The notes under the pieces were generated by a model, which did not search any database, was not told the DNA's origin, and worked only from the letters and a program-made list of their open reading frames with translations. This document shows positions 38,553-46,655 of a DNA stretch of 64,000 nt, piece after piece. A program made the position numbers and the translations under genes. Origin of the DNA: a virus (taxonomy: Duplodnaviria; Caudoviricetes); IMG/VR virus record IMGVR_UViG_3300020440_000009, positions 24,567 to 88,566 of that record; one strand, written 5' to 3'. Positions within the stretch are counted from its first letter, which is position 1. Every line of letters starts with the position of its first letter.

Positions 38553-38633
38553 ATGAACACTGTTACTATCATTGTATATATAGGTCTTATGTATATGGCT
38601 TATAAGATAGCAAAGAAAAGCGAAAAATGGTAA
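38553..38633 (+). CDS. 26-aa single-TM peptide
   Basis: MNTVTIIVYIGLMYMAYKIAKKSEKW; overlaps the next start. Confidence 0.45.
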   Translation: MNTVTIIVYIGLMYMAYKIAKKSEKW

Positions 38634-38815
38634 GCATCCGGAGAAAGCACAAACGAGATCAGGGTTATACCGTCATTGTATTTGATAAGGATAACGTACA
38701 TGAATGGCCTACTAGTGACCATGAACATCATGAAATCATGAAAATCTTTAAACAGGATAAATATTACGAAGGTATTATTAATGACTATACCATATGGAAG
38801 AAACTAATGGATTGA
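38627..38815 (+). CDS. Hypothetical protein
   Basis: 62 aa ORF. Confidence 0.55.
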   Translation: MVSIRRKHKRDQGYTVIVFDKDNVHEWPTSDHEHHEIMKIFKQDKYYEGIINDYTIWKKLMD

Positions 38816-39000
38816 ATATGATAAAAAAAATTAAGAGAATTTTAACTTCACAGAGTAATAGAAAGAATGTTATTATTACCATGATGGTAGGGTCAGCGAT
38901 TGGATTTCTATTTGATGCTTCATTTGGTATCTATATAGCTGTAATGACCAATGTGATGAACAACTACTACATTCATTATACCACTACATATGTGGATTGA
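38794..39000 (+). CDS. Small membrane protein
   Basis: Hydrophobic hairpin VIITMMVGSAIGFLFDASFGIYIAVM. Confidence 0.5.
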   Translation: MEETNGLNMIKKIKRILTSQSNRKNVIITMMVGSAIGFLFDASFGIYIAVMTNVMNNYYIHYTTTYVD

Positions 39001-39103
39001 TAACATAACAAAACTCTTATACCGAGAACCTTCTGTATATGAGATTGGTATAGGAGTATTATTATATATGGTAATATTGTATGGAATAGTAAGAATAAAG
39101 TAA
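38990..39103 (+). CDS. 37-aa single-TM peptide (absent from track)
   Basis: MWIDNITKLLYREPSVYEIGIGVLLYMVILYGIVRIK. Confidence 0.45.
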   Translation: MWIDNITKLLYREPSVYEIGIGVLLYMVILYGIVRIK

Positions 39104-39111
39104 GGGAGATA

Positions 39112-39546
39112 ATGATGCACATTGATGATGAAATCCGTAGAGTTCGTCAGTTTATACAAGAGCTTAACAATGTAAGAGAAGTTTACTTCAAAGAATTATG
39201 CGATAAGGTTCTTAACTCCGAGTATAAGAATTGGCATCAACATGAGCAATTTGGAGAATACGCTGATCTAGAAAACGATCTTTTGGATTATATTTTTGAC
39301 GATTACGGAGACCTTAACTATATGTCCTTTGCCGATTACTTGACTGAATGGTATCAAGAAAAAGACGACCCAGAAAAAGTTATGATTGATGGAGAAACTC
39401 ATAACGAATTCGTTGAAAGAGTGAATAGTGTCAACGAAGAGATAAAAGGCCAAACATATATGCCTTTTGTGGATGAGTATAATACGGAGGAAAACTATGA
39501 TAACAGAGCAAGAAATTTACGAAAAATATCCAAAGATTTTTGGTGA
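39112..39546 (+). CDS. Hypothetical acidic protein
   Basis: 144 aa, GGGAG SD. Confidence 0.65.
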   Translation: MMHIDDEIRRVRQFIQELNNVREVYFKELCDKVLNSEYKNWHQHEQFGEYADLENDLLDYIFDDYGDLNYMSFADYLTEWYQEKDDPEKVMIDGETHNEFVERVNSVNEEIKGQTYMPFVDEYNTEENYDNRARNLRKISKDFW

Positions 39547-39868
39547 TAGAACTAAGCCAATGACCGAAACATGCATGTGTTGGGGTCTTGAAGTACCAAG
39601 AAGCTGGCTTCCAATCATTGATGAACTATGTGATGCAATCACTAATTACACGTATACGGTAGGTGTACCGGGATTTGAAGGCACAATCAAATTCCCGCAA
39701 GTTGTAGCACAACAGGTGAAGGAAAAGTTTAATGGTCTACGTTTTTATTATCGTTTAGAATATGAGCAAGAAAATGTGCCTGATGATGTTATAAGCAAGC
39801 ATTATAGTTATATTGATGGAATGATTGCTTATGCTGAAAATAGGATTGACAAATTAGAGGAACAATAA
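39497..39868 (+). CDS. Hypothetical phage protein; probable start MITEQ
   Basis: QVKEKFNGLRFYY motif; GGAGG SD before 39497. Confidence 0.7.
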   Translation: MITEQEIYEKYPKIFGDRTKPMTETCMCWGLEVPRSWLPIIDELCDAITNYTYTVGVPGFEGTIKFPQVVAQQVKEKFNGLRFYYRLEYEQENVPDDVISKHYSYIDGMIAYAENRIDKLEEQ

Positions 39869-39880
39869 TATAATAGTAGT

Positions 39881-40171
39881 ATGAGATATAAAAATGTAGA
39901 ATTTAGACGAGCAGGTGTTGCCGATTCAAATGGTTACACTATTGAAACATCAAGTGAACGACCAGCAGAAATTGTTGCTTGGCAAACATCATCCAATGGA
40001 AAGGAATCCTGCTATACTCTTTGTTGGATTAAAGAAGATAAGGAAGGTTGGTACATCGAAACTGTTGGAAATAGATTTACTGAGTATGAAGATAGTGAAG
40101 CATTGATGCACGTTGCAAAATACGCCCTTCGTAGTTTAAACCTTGAAAAAGAATTTAGAGAAAATGAGTAG
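39881..40171 (+). CDS. Hypothetical protein
   Basis: 96 aa ORF. Confidence 0.6.
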   Translation: MRYKNVEFRRAGVADSNGYTIETSSERPAEIVAWQTSSNGKESCYTLCWIKEDKEGWYIETVGNRFTEYEDSEALMHVAKYALRSLNLEKEFRENE

Positions 40172-40379
40172 AGTCAGAATTGTAAAAAGAGAATTTGGTG
40201 GTAGAATTACATACGAAATTCAACAAAAGCATTTTCTATTTAAATGGATGTGGGTAGACGCATGGGTAAATTCTATGGATGGCACCGCCTGGTCCACATT
40301 TTATACACTCCAAGAAGCAAGAGATAATCTATATTTATTTGATGGAACTAAACCAAAAGAGACAGTGATAAAGGTGTGA
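40164..40379 (+). CDS. Hypothetical protein; probable start MSRVRI
   Basis: Overlaps the previous stop. Confidence 0.55.
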   Translation: MSRVRIVKREFGGRITYEIQQKHFLFKWMWVDAWVNSMDGTAWSTFYTLQEARDNLYLFDGTKPKETVIKV

Positions 40380-40466
40380 ATAATATGGTATGGCTAAGTT
40401 GCTGAAAAAAAATTTTTCCTCGGAAGAGGATTGTACGCTCACGGAGAGAATTTTAAAATGATTTTT

Positions 40467-40607
40467 TTATATGGTGGCCAGTATCCGCTTCTCTTGGATT
40501 GCCTCGTCTATTTTAGCCAGCATCACTTTGGCTAGTATCCACTCTTTAGAACCAGGTGGTGACTTAGCGAAGACTTTCCTCCAATATTTCCATTCAGTGT
40601 TATACAT
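40467..40607 (-). CDS. 46-aa hypothetical protein (absent from track)
   Basis: MYNTEWKYWRKVFAKSPPGSKEWILAKVMLAKIDEAIQEKRILATI; AAGGAG SD. Confidence 0.55.
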   Translation of the reverse strand: MYNTEWKYWRKVFAKSPPGSKEWILAKVMLAKIDEAIQEKRILATI

Positions 40608-40845
40608 AATCAATCTCCTTATTAAAAGACCACTCTGCTAAGTTCTTCTCCAAATAAACATTAATCCACGACTTGATGTTATTCTTAATGGTGTTATCTA
40701 ACCAACCTTCATAAGAAGGGACACCTAGGATGGACTTTACCTTCATAGTAGCATGTGTAATATTAATATCTTCCACATCATAGAAGTCTAATTCATTTAA
40801 TACCACATCAGTGGTAGCTTTAATGTTTTCTGGTGTTACTGACAT
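40600..40845 (-). CDS. Hypothetical protein, paralogue 1
   Basis: MSVTPENIK...LGVPSYEGWLDNTI. Confidence 0.7.
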   Translation of the reverse strand: MSVTPENIKATTDVVLNELDFYDVEDINITHATMKVKSILGVPSYEGWLDNTIKNNIKSWINVYLEKNLAEWSFNKEIDYV

Positions 40846-40860
40846 ATTATCTCCTCCTTA

Positions 40861-41079
40861 TTAAACATATGAGGGTATTGCACCTGGTAATGGAAGGTAA
40901 CCAATGATGGCTTTCTCGATCGTGTGGTCTAACCATCCTTCATAGAGTGGAACACCCAATAACTTCTTCACCTCGGTGACACCCTTTGATATATCCGCAT
41001 TGGTGATATTAAAATCGGTGTTATAATGTAGTGATACTGTATAGGCGGCCTTCTTAATATTTTCTGGTGTTACTGACAT
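40861..41079 (-). CDS. Hypothetical protein, paralogue 2; probable start MSVTP
   Basis: MSVTPENIK...LGVPLYEGWLDHTI; same AGGAGATAATATG leader as paralogue 1. Confidence 0.7.
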   Translation of the reverse strand: MSVTPENIKKAAYTVSLHYNTDFNITNADISKGVTEVKKLLGVPLYEGWLDHTIEKAIIGYLPLPGAIPSYV

Positions 41080-41157
41080 ATTATCTCCTTGGTTAATCAT
41101 CTACATATAAGGTAGTCTAATATGGTGGATATTGCAAGTATAAAATACATGGAAAGT

Positions 41158-41182
41158 AAAAAAAATGCCCACCGAAGTGGGC
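41158..41182 (-). terminator. Intrinsic terminator
   Basis: GCCCAC-TTCG-GTGGGC then a T tract on the minus strand. Confidence 0.8.
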
Positions 41183-41481
41183 TGATAGTGCTAGGATATT
41201 CTAACTGAGGTGTATACAATACCACACTATACTAAAATGGTTTCTTAAGGAGAGTTTATATTTCTCCTTAAGAAGGTGGTGATGGGGTTGAGTTCCCATA
41301 AATTTCGGGCAAGATTTCTCTTTTTTATACCTACTTTAACTGCCATCTCTTTGCTCATCCATTTGGACATTGCTCAAGCTTGGCATACCTTATAACCATC
41401 CTGCAATAGTTATTATTCGGTCACACCTGTGAGTTAATTACTCTCACATTATTATTATACCCATATAGGAGGCTTTTATAC

Positions 41482-41528
41482 AAAAAAGACCACTTTTTTT
41501 CACCGCACATGGATCCTCAAAAGTGGTC
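41482..41528 (-). terminator. Intrinsic terminator with large loop
   Basis: GACCACTTTT...AAAAGTGGTC followed by TTTTTT. Confidence 0.65.
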
Positions 41529-41612
41529 AGAAGGCTTACCGGGTTATAACCGGCGACTCATCTTCTCCCTACCGCCATCCGGTCTCAGACCATCGAGCAG
41601 GGAGCAAGAGTC
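41482..41612 (-). ncRNA. Candidate structured RNA / attenuator
   Basis: Nested stems GACTC/GAGTC, CTCCCT/AGGGAG, GGTC-TGA-GACC and CCGG/CCGG, then a terminator; GC-rich and non-coding. Confidence 0.35.
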
Positions 41613-41656
41613 ATTATAGCACTGTCATTGGATATCGCATAATAATACTCCTTATA

Positions 41657-41932
41657 TTAATTAACCACTGTCAACATAGCGGAAGGCACCCGAACTCGTT
41701 TGTAATCATCATACTCAACACCCACATACTTCTTGAAGGTCTTGTAGACCGTACCTGAGTGGGTAACACCCTTATGGGTGAATTGAACTTTATCACCTTC
41801 ACTGAAGGTACCAGTCGCAACGACATGCTCATGACTATTTAAACTCTTCATGAACTGAACCAGTTCAATCCTCTCATTATAGGAGAGATTTGAAACCGCT
41901 CGTTTTGCCATCATGTAATTTTCAGAACTCAT
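41657..41932 (-). CDS. Small SH3/KOW-like phage protein; probable start MSSEN
   Basis: FSEGDKVQF...GTVYKT...VGVE...RVP; early promoter upstream. Confidence 0.65.
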   Translation of the reverse strand: MSSENYMMAKRAVSNLSYNERIELVQFMKSLNSHEHVVATGTFSEGDKVQFTHKGVTHSGTVYKTFKKYVGVEYDDYKRVRVPSAMLTVVN

Positions 41933-41935
41933 ATC

Positions 41936-41983
41936 AACCTCACTTTCTATGGATAATATATGGTATAATTCATTGGAATGCAA
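41936..41983 (-). promoter_or_regulatory. Sigma70-type early promoter with conserved leader
   Basis: TTGCAT-N17-TATATT then ATAGAAAGTGAGGTT. Confidence 0.65.
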
Positions 41984-41994
41984 GAGAAAATATA

Positions 41995-42210
41995 CTAAAA
42001 ATTTACCTCCTCTTCTGCGACAATATCAAAATCTCCATCGGTCGGTTGATCAATCCACCGTTTAACGCCAGATTTTAGTGATTTTACAAGTAGACCAGAC
42101 GGTGCTGGACTAACCTTTATTTCCTCAATAGACCAGGTAGCTCCATGCTCCCTAATCCGATTTTTTCCGTGGCGTGTTTTGCCTTCTAATGTTATAACCT
42201 TTTTTATCAT
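41995..42210 (-). CDS. Hypothetical protein; probable start MIKKV
   Basis: LEGKTRHGKNRIREHG...W...RWI; the upstream part of the track ORF lies in the repeat region. Confidence 0.55.
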   Translation of the reverse strand: MIKKVITLEGKTRHGKNRIREHGATWSIEEIKVSPAPSGLLVKSLKSGVKRWIDQPTDGDFDIVAEEEVNF

Positions 42211-42265
42211 ACATTTAATATATAGTAGGAACCGTAGAGTGTAAAGAGAAAAGATCATTAAATTA

Positions 42266-42440
42266 CATGAAAATGCCGTAATAGAGACTTCCACCATGGG
42301 TATAATAGATGGCATGTGACATGCTGTGGAAAAGGCCGTAATAGGCGTTTCCGAGGTGTTGTATCCAGATGGTATGCCTGTGTATGACAAGATCGATGTG
42401 TGGAAAAGGCCGTAAATGGCGATTTCCATGGTGTTAGTAT
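42266..42440. repeat. Three imperfect direct repeats, each a hairpin
   Basis: 42266 CATGAAAATGCCGTAATAGAGACTTCC; 42325 TGTGGAAAAGGCCGTAATAGGCGTTTCC; 42399 TGTGGAAAAGGCCGTAAATGGCGATTTCC; each followed by AGATGG(C/T)AT. Confidence 0.75.
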
Positions 42441-42472
42441 AGATGGTATCTAACAATCACCACTATGAAAGG

Positions 42473-43021
42473 TCACTTCTTTGTATACATTCCATAGAAG
42501 TAACCACTGTTTATTTCAATATATCTCTCTAGTTTAAACCTCTCTTTGAAGTATTCATGTACATTCATAGAGTTATTTGGGTCTCCGGAGATGATATAAA
42601 GAGCATTTTTATTGGTAATCTGATCAAGTATTTCAACTAATTCACTTGGATTTTCATTAAATAAATAAGCGAAAGAATTCATTAGTACTATATCATGTTT
42701 AGGTTTATCTTGTTGGAATGCATAATGAAAATAGTTATATCCATCTAAATGTGTGTCTTCTATGTACTTCTCTATGTATGGTTCTATATCGTACTCTTTT
42801 TTATATGGTTCTATACCAGTTATGTTTGGATAGTAAGGTAGTAAGCATTTAATCATACGACCATTACCACAACCTATGTCTAATACAGAAGAGTTTGGAT
42901 TGCCTCGAAGGCTTAGCATAATTGGCAGTACCTCTTTCGAGAAGGTAAGTGAGTCTCGCCCTGGTGCTGTAACGTCACCGTTTGTATAAGGTTGTCTTCC
43001 TTTGATTGCAATACGCTCCAT
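42473..43021 (-). CDS. Class I SAM methyltransferase
   Basis: VLDIGCGNG, TGIEP. Confidence 0.8.
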   Translation of the reverse strand: MERIAIKGRQPYTNGDVTAPGRDSLTFSKEVLPIMLSLRGNPNSSVLDIGCGNGRMIKCLLPYYPNITGIEPYKKEYDIEPYIEKYIEDTHLDGYNYFHYAFQQDKPKHDIVLMNSFAYLFNENPSELVEILDQITNKNALYIISGDPNNSMNVHEYFKERFKLERYIEINSGYFYGMYTKK

Positions 43022-43023
43022 CT

Positions 43024-43704
43024 TTAAAAATCTCTTGTGTTTACTGCATATACCTCAAAATTCTTTTCATTATGGTGTTTAATCTCGAATCCAGAATTGG
43101 TTAAGACATCGAATATACCCTGTGGGCTAGTTATCTTTGCTTCGTTTCTACTTCTTATGTGATATTCTATGGATATTTGGTGTATCTTTTTAAGGTCTTT
43201 GTCGGAGATTGTAGAGAATACTTCATATTCCATACCTTCAATGTCTATTTTGAAGTAATCAATTCGCTCAAACATGTCGCATAGTTCACTAATCTCTATG
43301 ACATCAACACTGTAACGGTTATCGGAACGAATGGGTCTGTAACCACAACCAACGTCTATCATACTAGTCCAACCCGGCTTGTTGTTGAATGTATGTAAGG
43401 TGTCTACACCTTTAAAGTTGTTTCCAACAAGTGCTTTCTTCATAAGATGTATGCTGTCCTTGTCTTCTCTCTCTGAAATACTCTTTTCTAGTATTTTAAT
43501 ATTTTCTCTCTCAGGCTCAATAGCGTATATTGTATAGTTTGTAAGATCACTAGCAAGTTCTGTGGTTGAAGAAACAGGTATGTCTATATTTCGACAAGCA
43601 CCAGCGTCTACAATAATGGCATCATCTGGTAATATAGATAGATCAATGATATGATCATGAAATTCTAAAATTCTAGGTGAATCACTTAAAAGCGTTGGGT
43701 TCAT
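43024..43704 (-). CDS. FkbM-family methyltransferase
   Basis: IVDAGA, YAIEP, IDYFKIDIEGME, QISIEYH. Confidence 0.85.
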   Translation of the reverse strand: MNPTLLSDSPRILEFHDHIIDLSILPDDAIIVDAGACRNIDIPVSSTTELASDLTNYTIYAIEPERENIKILEKSISEREDKDSIHLMKKALVGNNFKGVDTLHTFNNKPGWTSMIDVGCGYRPIRSDNRYSVDVIEISELCDMFERIDYFKIDIEGMEYEVFSTISDKDLKKIHQISIEYHIRSRNEAKITSPQGIFDVLTNSGFEIKHHNEKNFEVYAVNTRDF

Positions 43705-44401
43705 TTTCTACTCCTATTTGAGGTTCTGTATAGTGTTTTTCACCATAGTCGATGACTCGTTCTTTAAGTAATCCGTCTATGATCTCTTTACACTGGTTGG
43801 CTATTTCCATATGCTCTTTCTGTGTGCCATTACCAGTTCTTACTTCTATATAGTGTAACCATGATCGAAGAGTACCATTCATGTACATACGAGACTTGGT
43901 AAGACCTTCGGGTAGTACTGCTCTTGCCTGCTCCTTTGCAATACCTCTCTTCAATGCTTGATTATATACCTCTTCCGCTTTGTCGAATACTTCCTTTTGC
44001 ATGAGATACCAATCATCGTTCAATGACTTGTAATTAGGATGGTCTGCTTCAATAGAGTTTTGTCTGTTTTTAGGGTCTTGTAAACGTGCTTTCCTTGGTA
44101 GAAAGACATCAGACATGTCTCGGACATCAGCATAGCGTTGGCTGAACTCCTGGAAAGAAAAGGAACGGTGCCTTAATATCTGCCTGGCAATATCTCGTGT
44201 TGTCTCAATCTCAAGACAAATGTTCACCATTTCAAACGGAGACCAATGCTTGTGCTTTATAAGATAATCGATCAACTTAGAAGATGTAGCTTTGTTCATC
44301 TGATTAGAAGGATTGGATACTCTGGCACAATACGCTACAATATCCTTTAACGAACCACTATTCTCTCCGATACCTGTTGTATACGATATTAGCTTAACCA
44401 T
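43682..44401 (-). CDS. thyX: Flavin-dependent thymidylate synthase; probable start MVKLIS
   Basis: HWSPFE, RQILRHRSFSFQEFSQRY, EQARAVLP, GTQKEH. Confidence 0.96.
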   Translation of the reverse strand: MVKLISYTTGIGENSGSLKDIVAYCARVSNPSNQMNKATSSKLIDYLIKHKHWSPFEMVNICLEIETTRDIARQILRHRSFSFQEFSQRYADVRDMSDVFLPRKARLQDPKNRQNSIEADHPNYKSLNDDWYLMQKEVFDKAEEVYNQALKRGIAKEQARAVLPEGLTKSRMYMNGTLRSWLHYIEVRTGNGTQKEHMEIANQCKEIIDGLLKERVIDYGEKHYTEPQIGVENEPNAFK

Positions 44402-44519
44402 GTCTGCCACCTCTGTGACCCACCATGACACTTCGTAAGGCTTCGAGGTTCTTCTGTCTCTTCTTTTCGCTGATACCTTTATGAGTTTTTTTAGCTTGTT
44501 GCTTTTTATTGTTTTTCAT
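44394..44519 (-). CDS. 41-aa basic peptide (absent from track)
   Basis: MKNNKKQQAKKTHKGISEKKRQKNLEALRSVMVGHRGGRHG; TATAAT-N5-ATG. Confidence 0.5.
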   Translation of the reverse strand: MKNNKKQQAKKTHKGISEKKRQKNLEALRSVMVGHRGGRHG

Positions 44520-44531
44520 CTGTTATTATAC

Positions 44532-44771
44532 TCATCCGGTCGGTTTACTAAAGTTCTTTACACTAGAAAAAGTGCCTTGAGGTACAAAATACTTCTTATT
44601 CTCTTCGTAAGATTCCGCTGAAAGTACTTCAATAGTGGCACCTGTCTTGTGTGCATACACCATTCTACCACGGACTTTCTTTGGAGAAATCAATTTAGCA
44701 CAGCGGAGACAAGTCTTGAGTCCAAGTTCTGCTCGTTCTACTTCTACAATACTACCACATCTGCAAATCAT
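44532..44771 (-). CDS. C4 zinc-finger protein, DksA/TraR-like finger; probable start MICRCG
   Basis: CRCG..VEVER.ELG..TCLRCA. Confidence 0.55.
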   Translation of the reverse strand: MICRCGSIVEVERAELGLKTCLRCAKLISPKKVRGRMVYAHKTGATIEVLSAESYEENKKYFVPQGTFSSVKNFSKPTG

Positions 44772-44835
44772 AGTACCTCTACAATGATGTAGATAGCAAC
44801 TAGCCATATTATTATCCATATTATCGGATCAATCA

Positions 44836-44952
44836 TTAGTCTCTATAGTCTCCTAATACTTCACTCCAAGACCATCGATCTCGTTCAATGTTTGTAGTAT
44901 TCGTACAACCCGTCATAATGGTTGCAATTAAAATTAAGTAAACTATCTTCAT
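44836..44952 (-). CDS. 38-aa lipoprotein (absent from track)
   Basis: MKIVYLILIATIMTG-C lipobox, then TNTTNIERDRWSWSEVLGDYRD; GAGG SD. Confidence 0.55.
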   Translation of the reverse strand: MKIVYLILIATIMTGCTNTTNIERDRWSWSEVLGDYRD

Positions 44953-44972
44953 CTTTAAATACCTCTCGTTTC

Positions 44973-45587
44973 TTAGTTGATACTAAGCTTAACCTCACAA
45001 TCATCCAACTCATTCAACTCTGGTGCAAACTTGATCTTTTTACACCATGGATATTCTGCAAGTGTTTCATCACTTGGTCTAGCTAGGTACTTATGCATAC
45101 CTTTTGTTTTATGCATGTAGTCTCGAATCCAACTTTGATATTTCAGAAACTGACTACCGTGACAATCTAGATGTCCTGGATTTGAAAACTCTTCTGCTGG
45201 AATCATCCAATAAAGAGCATCTTGGAAATGTGCCCAGTGTGACATCTCATGGACGATTGTACCTAATGAAGGTATCCACATGTCTCCACAGAAGTTTAAT
45301 CTATTTTCATGATCGGAATAAAATGCTCTACCACTACGACCTCTGAATGTAATCTTTGGTACTGGGAGTTTCCTGAGACCTTTCTTTACTCTTTGTCGGT
45401 TCACAGCACTCACGATCTTCTTAATTATTTTCACAACCTCTTCCTGGCTATCTGGTCGATTCTGAAGATAAGGACCTTCTAATCGATAAAGTTCAGCATA
45501 TGAACTACGACTAGGATTTATCCTGATTTCTTTCAGTCTACCAAAACCGCCAGATTGCAAAGACCTATGATTAAGATACCAACTCAA
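44973..45587 (-). CDS. Zincin-like metallopeptidase
   Basis: VHEMSHW (HExxH) plus downstream HG..F; GGAGG SD. Confidence 0.7.
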   Translation of the reverse strand: MSWYLNHRSLQSGGFGRLKEIRINPSRSSYAELYRLEGPYLQNRPDSQEEVVKIIKKIVSAVNRQRVKKGLRKLPVPKITFRGRSGRAFYSDHENRLNFCGDMWIPSLGTIVHEMSHWAHFQDALYWMIPAEEFSNPGHLDCHGSQFLKYQSWIRDYMHKTKGMHKYLARPSDETLAEYPWCKKIKFAPELNELDDCEVKLSIN

Positions 45588-45596
45588 TATAACCTC

Positions 45597-45758
45597 CTAT
45601 TTTGTTTTTGCGTGTGAATCTGTATTTTCTCTATAAGCTTTCTCCACCTTTTCAACGAGATTATCAAATGCCTTTTCAACCTCCAGTGGAAATTCATCGA
45701 TTACAGAACCGATAATGGCAAGAGGTCTATTAATATCAGGCACTTCCATCTCACTCAT
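45597..45758 (-). CDS. 53-aa hypothetical protein (absent from track)
   Basis: MSEMEVPDINRPLAIIGSVIDEFPLEVEKAF...; GGGAG SD. Confidence 0.5.
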   Translation of the reverse strand: MSEMEVPDINRPLAIIGSVIDEFPLEVEKAFDNLVEKVEKAYRENTDSHAKTK

Positions 45759-45810
45759 TTCTTTCTCCCTCTAATTTTATTCTCACTCCTTGTTGCTAGT
45801 TACTATTATA

Positions 45811-46182
45811 TCAGACTTCTTCTAAGCGATATTTTTTGCCATCTACTTCGATGACTTTACCAGCACAGGATTGACTACGAGTTTGACCTCGTTTTACACC
45901 ATCGCTATCTTCGAAATAAGTTTCATTACCATTAGCATCGTATTCACGTTTTACCCAGAATCCATTTCCATTCTCGAAGTAAGTCTCGTTACCATTGGCA
46001 TTGTATTCACACTTAAACCAGAAGCCACTGCCGTCTTCGTGGTAAGTCTCATTACCATTGGCATTTTTAATCTTAATGGGGAAAGTAAAGTCAATCCCTA
46101 GTTCTATTAGTGTTTCGCTTAGTTTTTTCAATTTATCACCCTTATTTGTAGACATCGGTAGTTTTCCAGTTGCTAGTATCAA
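45811..46182 (-). CDS. Repeat protein with three ~22-aa (E/Y)xxxGNETYxE units
   Basis: KNANGNETYHED / YNANGNETYFEN / YDANGNETYFED. Confidence 0.7.
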   Translation of the reverse strand: MILATGKLPMSTNKGDKLKKLSETLIELGIDFTFPIKIKNANGNETYHEDGSGFWFKCEYNANGNETYFENGNGFWVKREYDANGNETYFEDSDGVKRGQTRSQSCAGKVIEVDGKKYRLEEV

Positions 46183-46453
46183 GTAATGTCGGCCCTTGAA
46201 GAAGGATCGATTCTAGCTTTTCGATCAGTTTGTCGATGTTATAGTGACCATCACCGTCGAAAAACTCAATCACTAAGTCATGTGGGACAACCGAACTATC
46301 TGGATTTGCCAACCACTCGATCGCTTCAGTAGAGGGGAAAAACTCACTTAAACGAGTGAATGAGATTGAACGATCATCACAATACTCAAAATGAGTTATG
46401 TCATGCAACTCACTCAACACGTTCTCAACTTCTGTTTTTGTCATTAACGCCAT
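46142..46453 (-). CDS. Hypothetical protein
   Basis: 103 aa, GGAG SD. Confidence 0.6.
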   Translation of the reverse strand: MALMTKTEVENVLSELHDITHFEYCDDRSISFTRLSEFFPSTEAIEWLANPDSSVVPHDLVIEFFDGDGHYNIDKLIEKLESILLQGPTLLDTSNWKTTDVYK

Positions 46454-46476
46454 AATATCTCCTTAACTATTTTTGT

Positions 46477-46638
46477 TTAAAGCACATTCTTAAGACGAAC
46501 CATTACGTCCTTATTTTCTTCAAGAATCTGAATCAAATACATATCACAAAATTCTCTCCACCCTTCTTCATCGATAATACCGCCTTTGAAGGCATTCCAC
46601 ATTTTTTGATAATCGCTTTCTGTAATCTTATTTTTCAT
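46477..46638 (-). CDS. Hypothetical protein; probable start MKNKI
   Basis: Short ORF in the early gene run. Confidence 0.5.
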   Translation of the reverse strand: MKNKITESDYQKMWNAFKGGIIDEEGWREFCDMYLIQILEENKDVMVRLKNVL

Positions 46639-46655
46639 TATTTCATCTCTTTCTC

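Noticed and set aside
42266-42440. Bona fide CRISPR array
   Set aside because: Only three degenerate units, uneven spacing, inter-repeat segments share AGATGGTAT, and no cas genes; kept only as an unexplained repeat
42211-42456. N-terminal 82 aa of the 153-aa track ORF
   Set aside because: Overlaps the repeat region, has no SD, and the recognisable phage-like sequence starts at MIKKV
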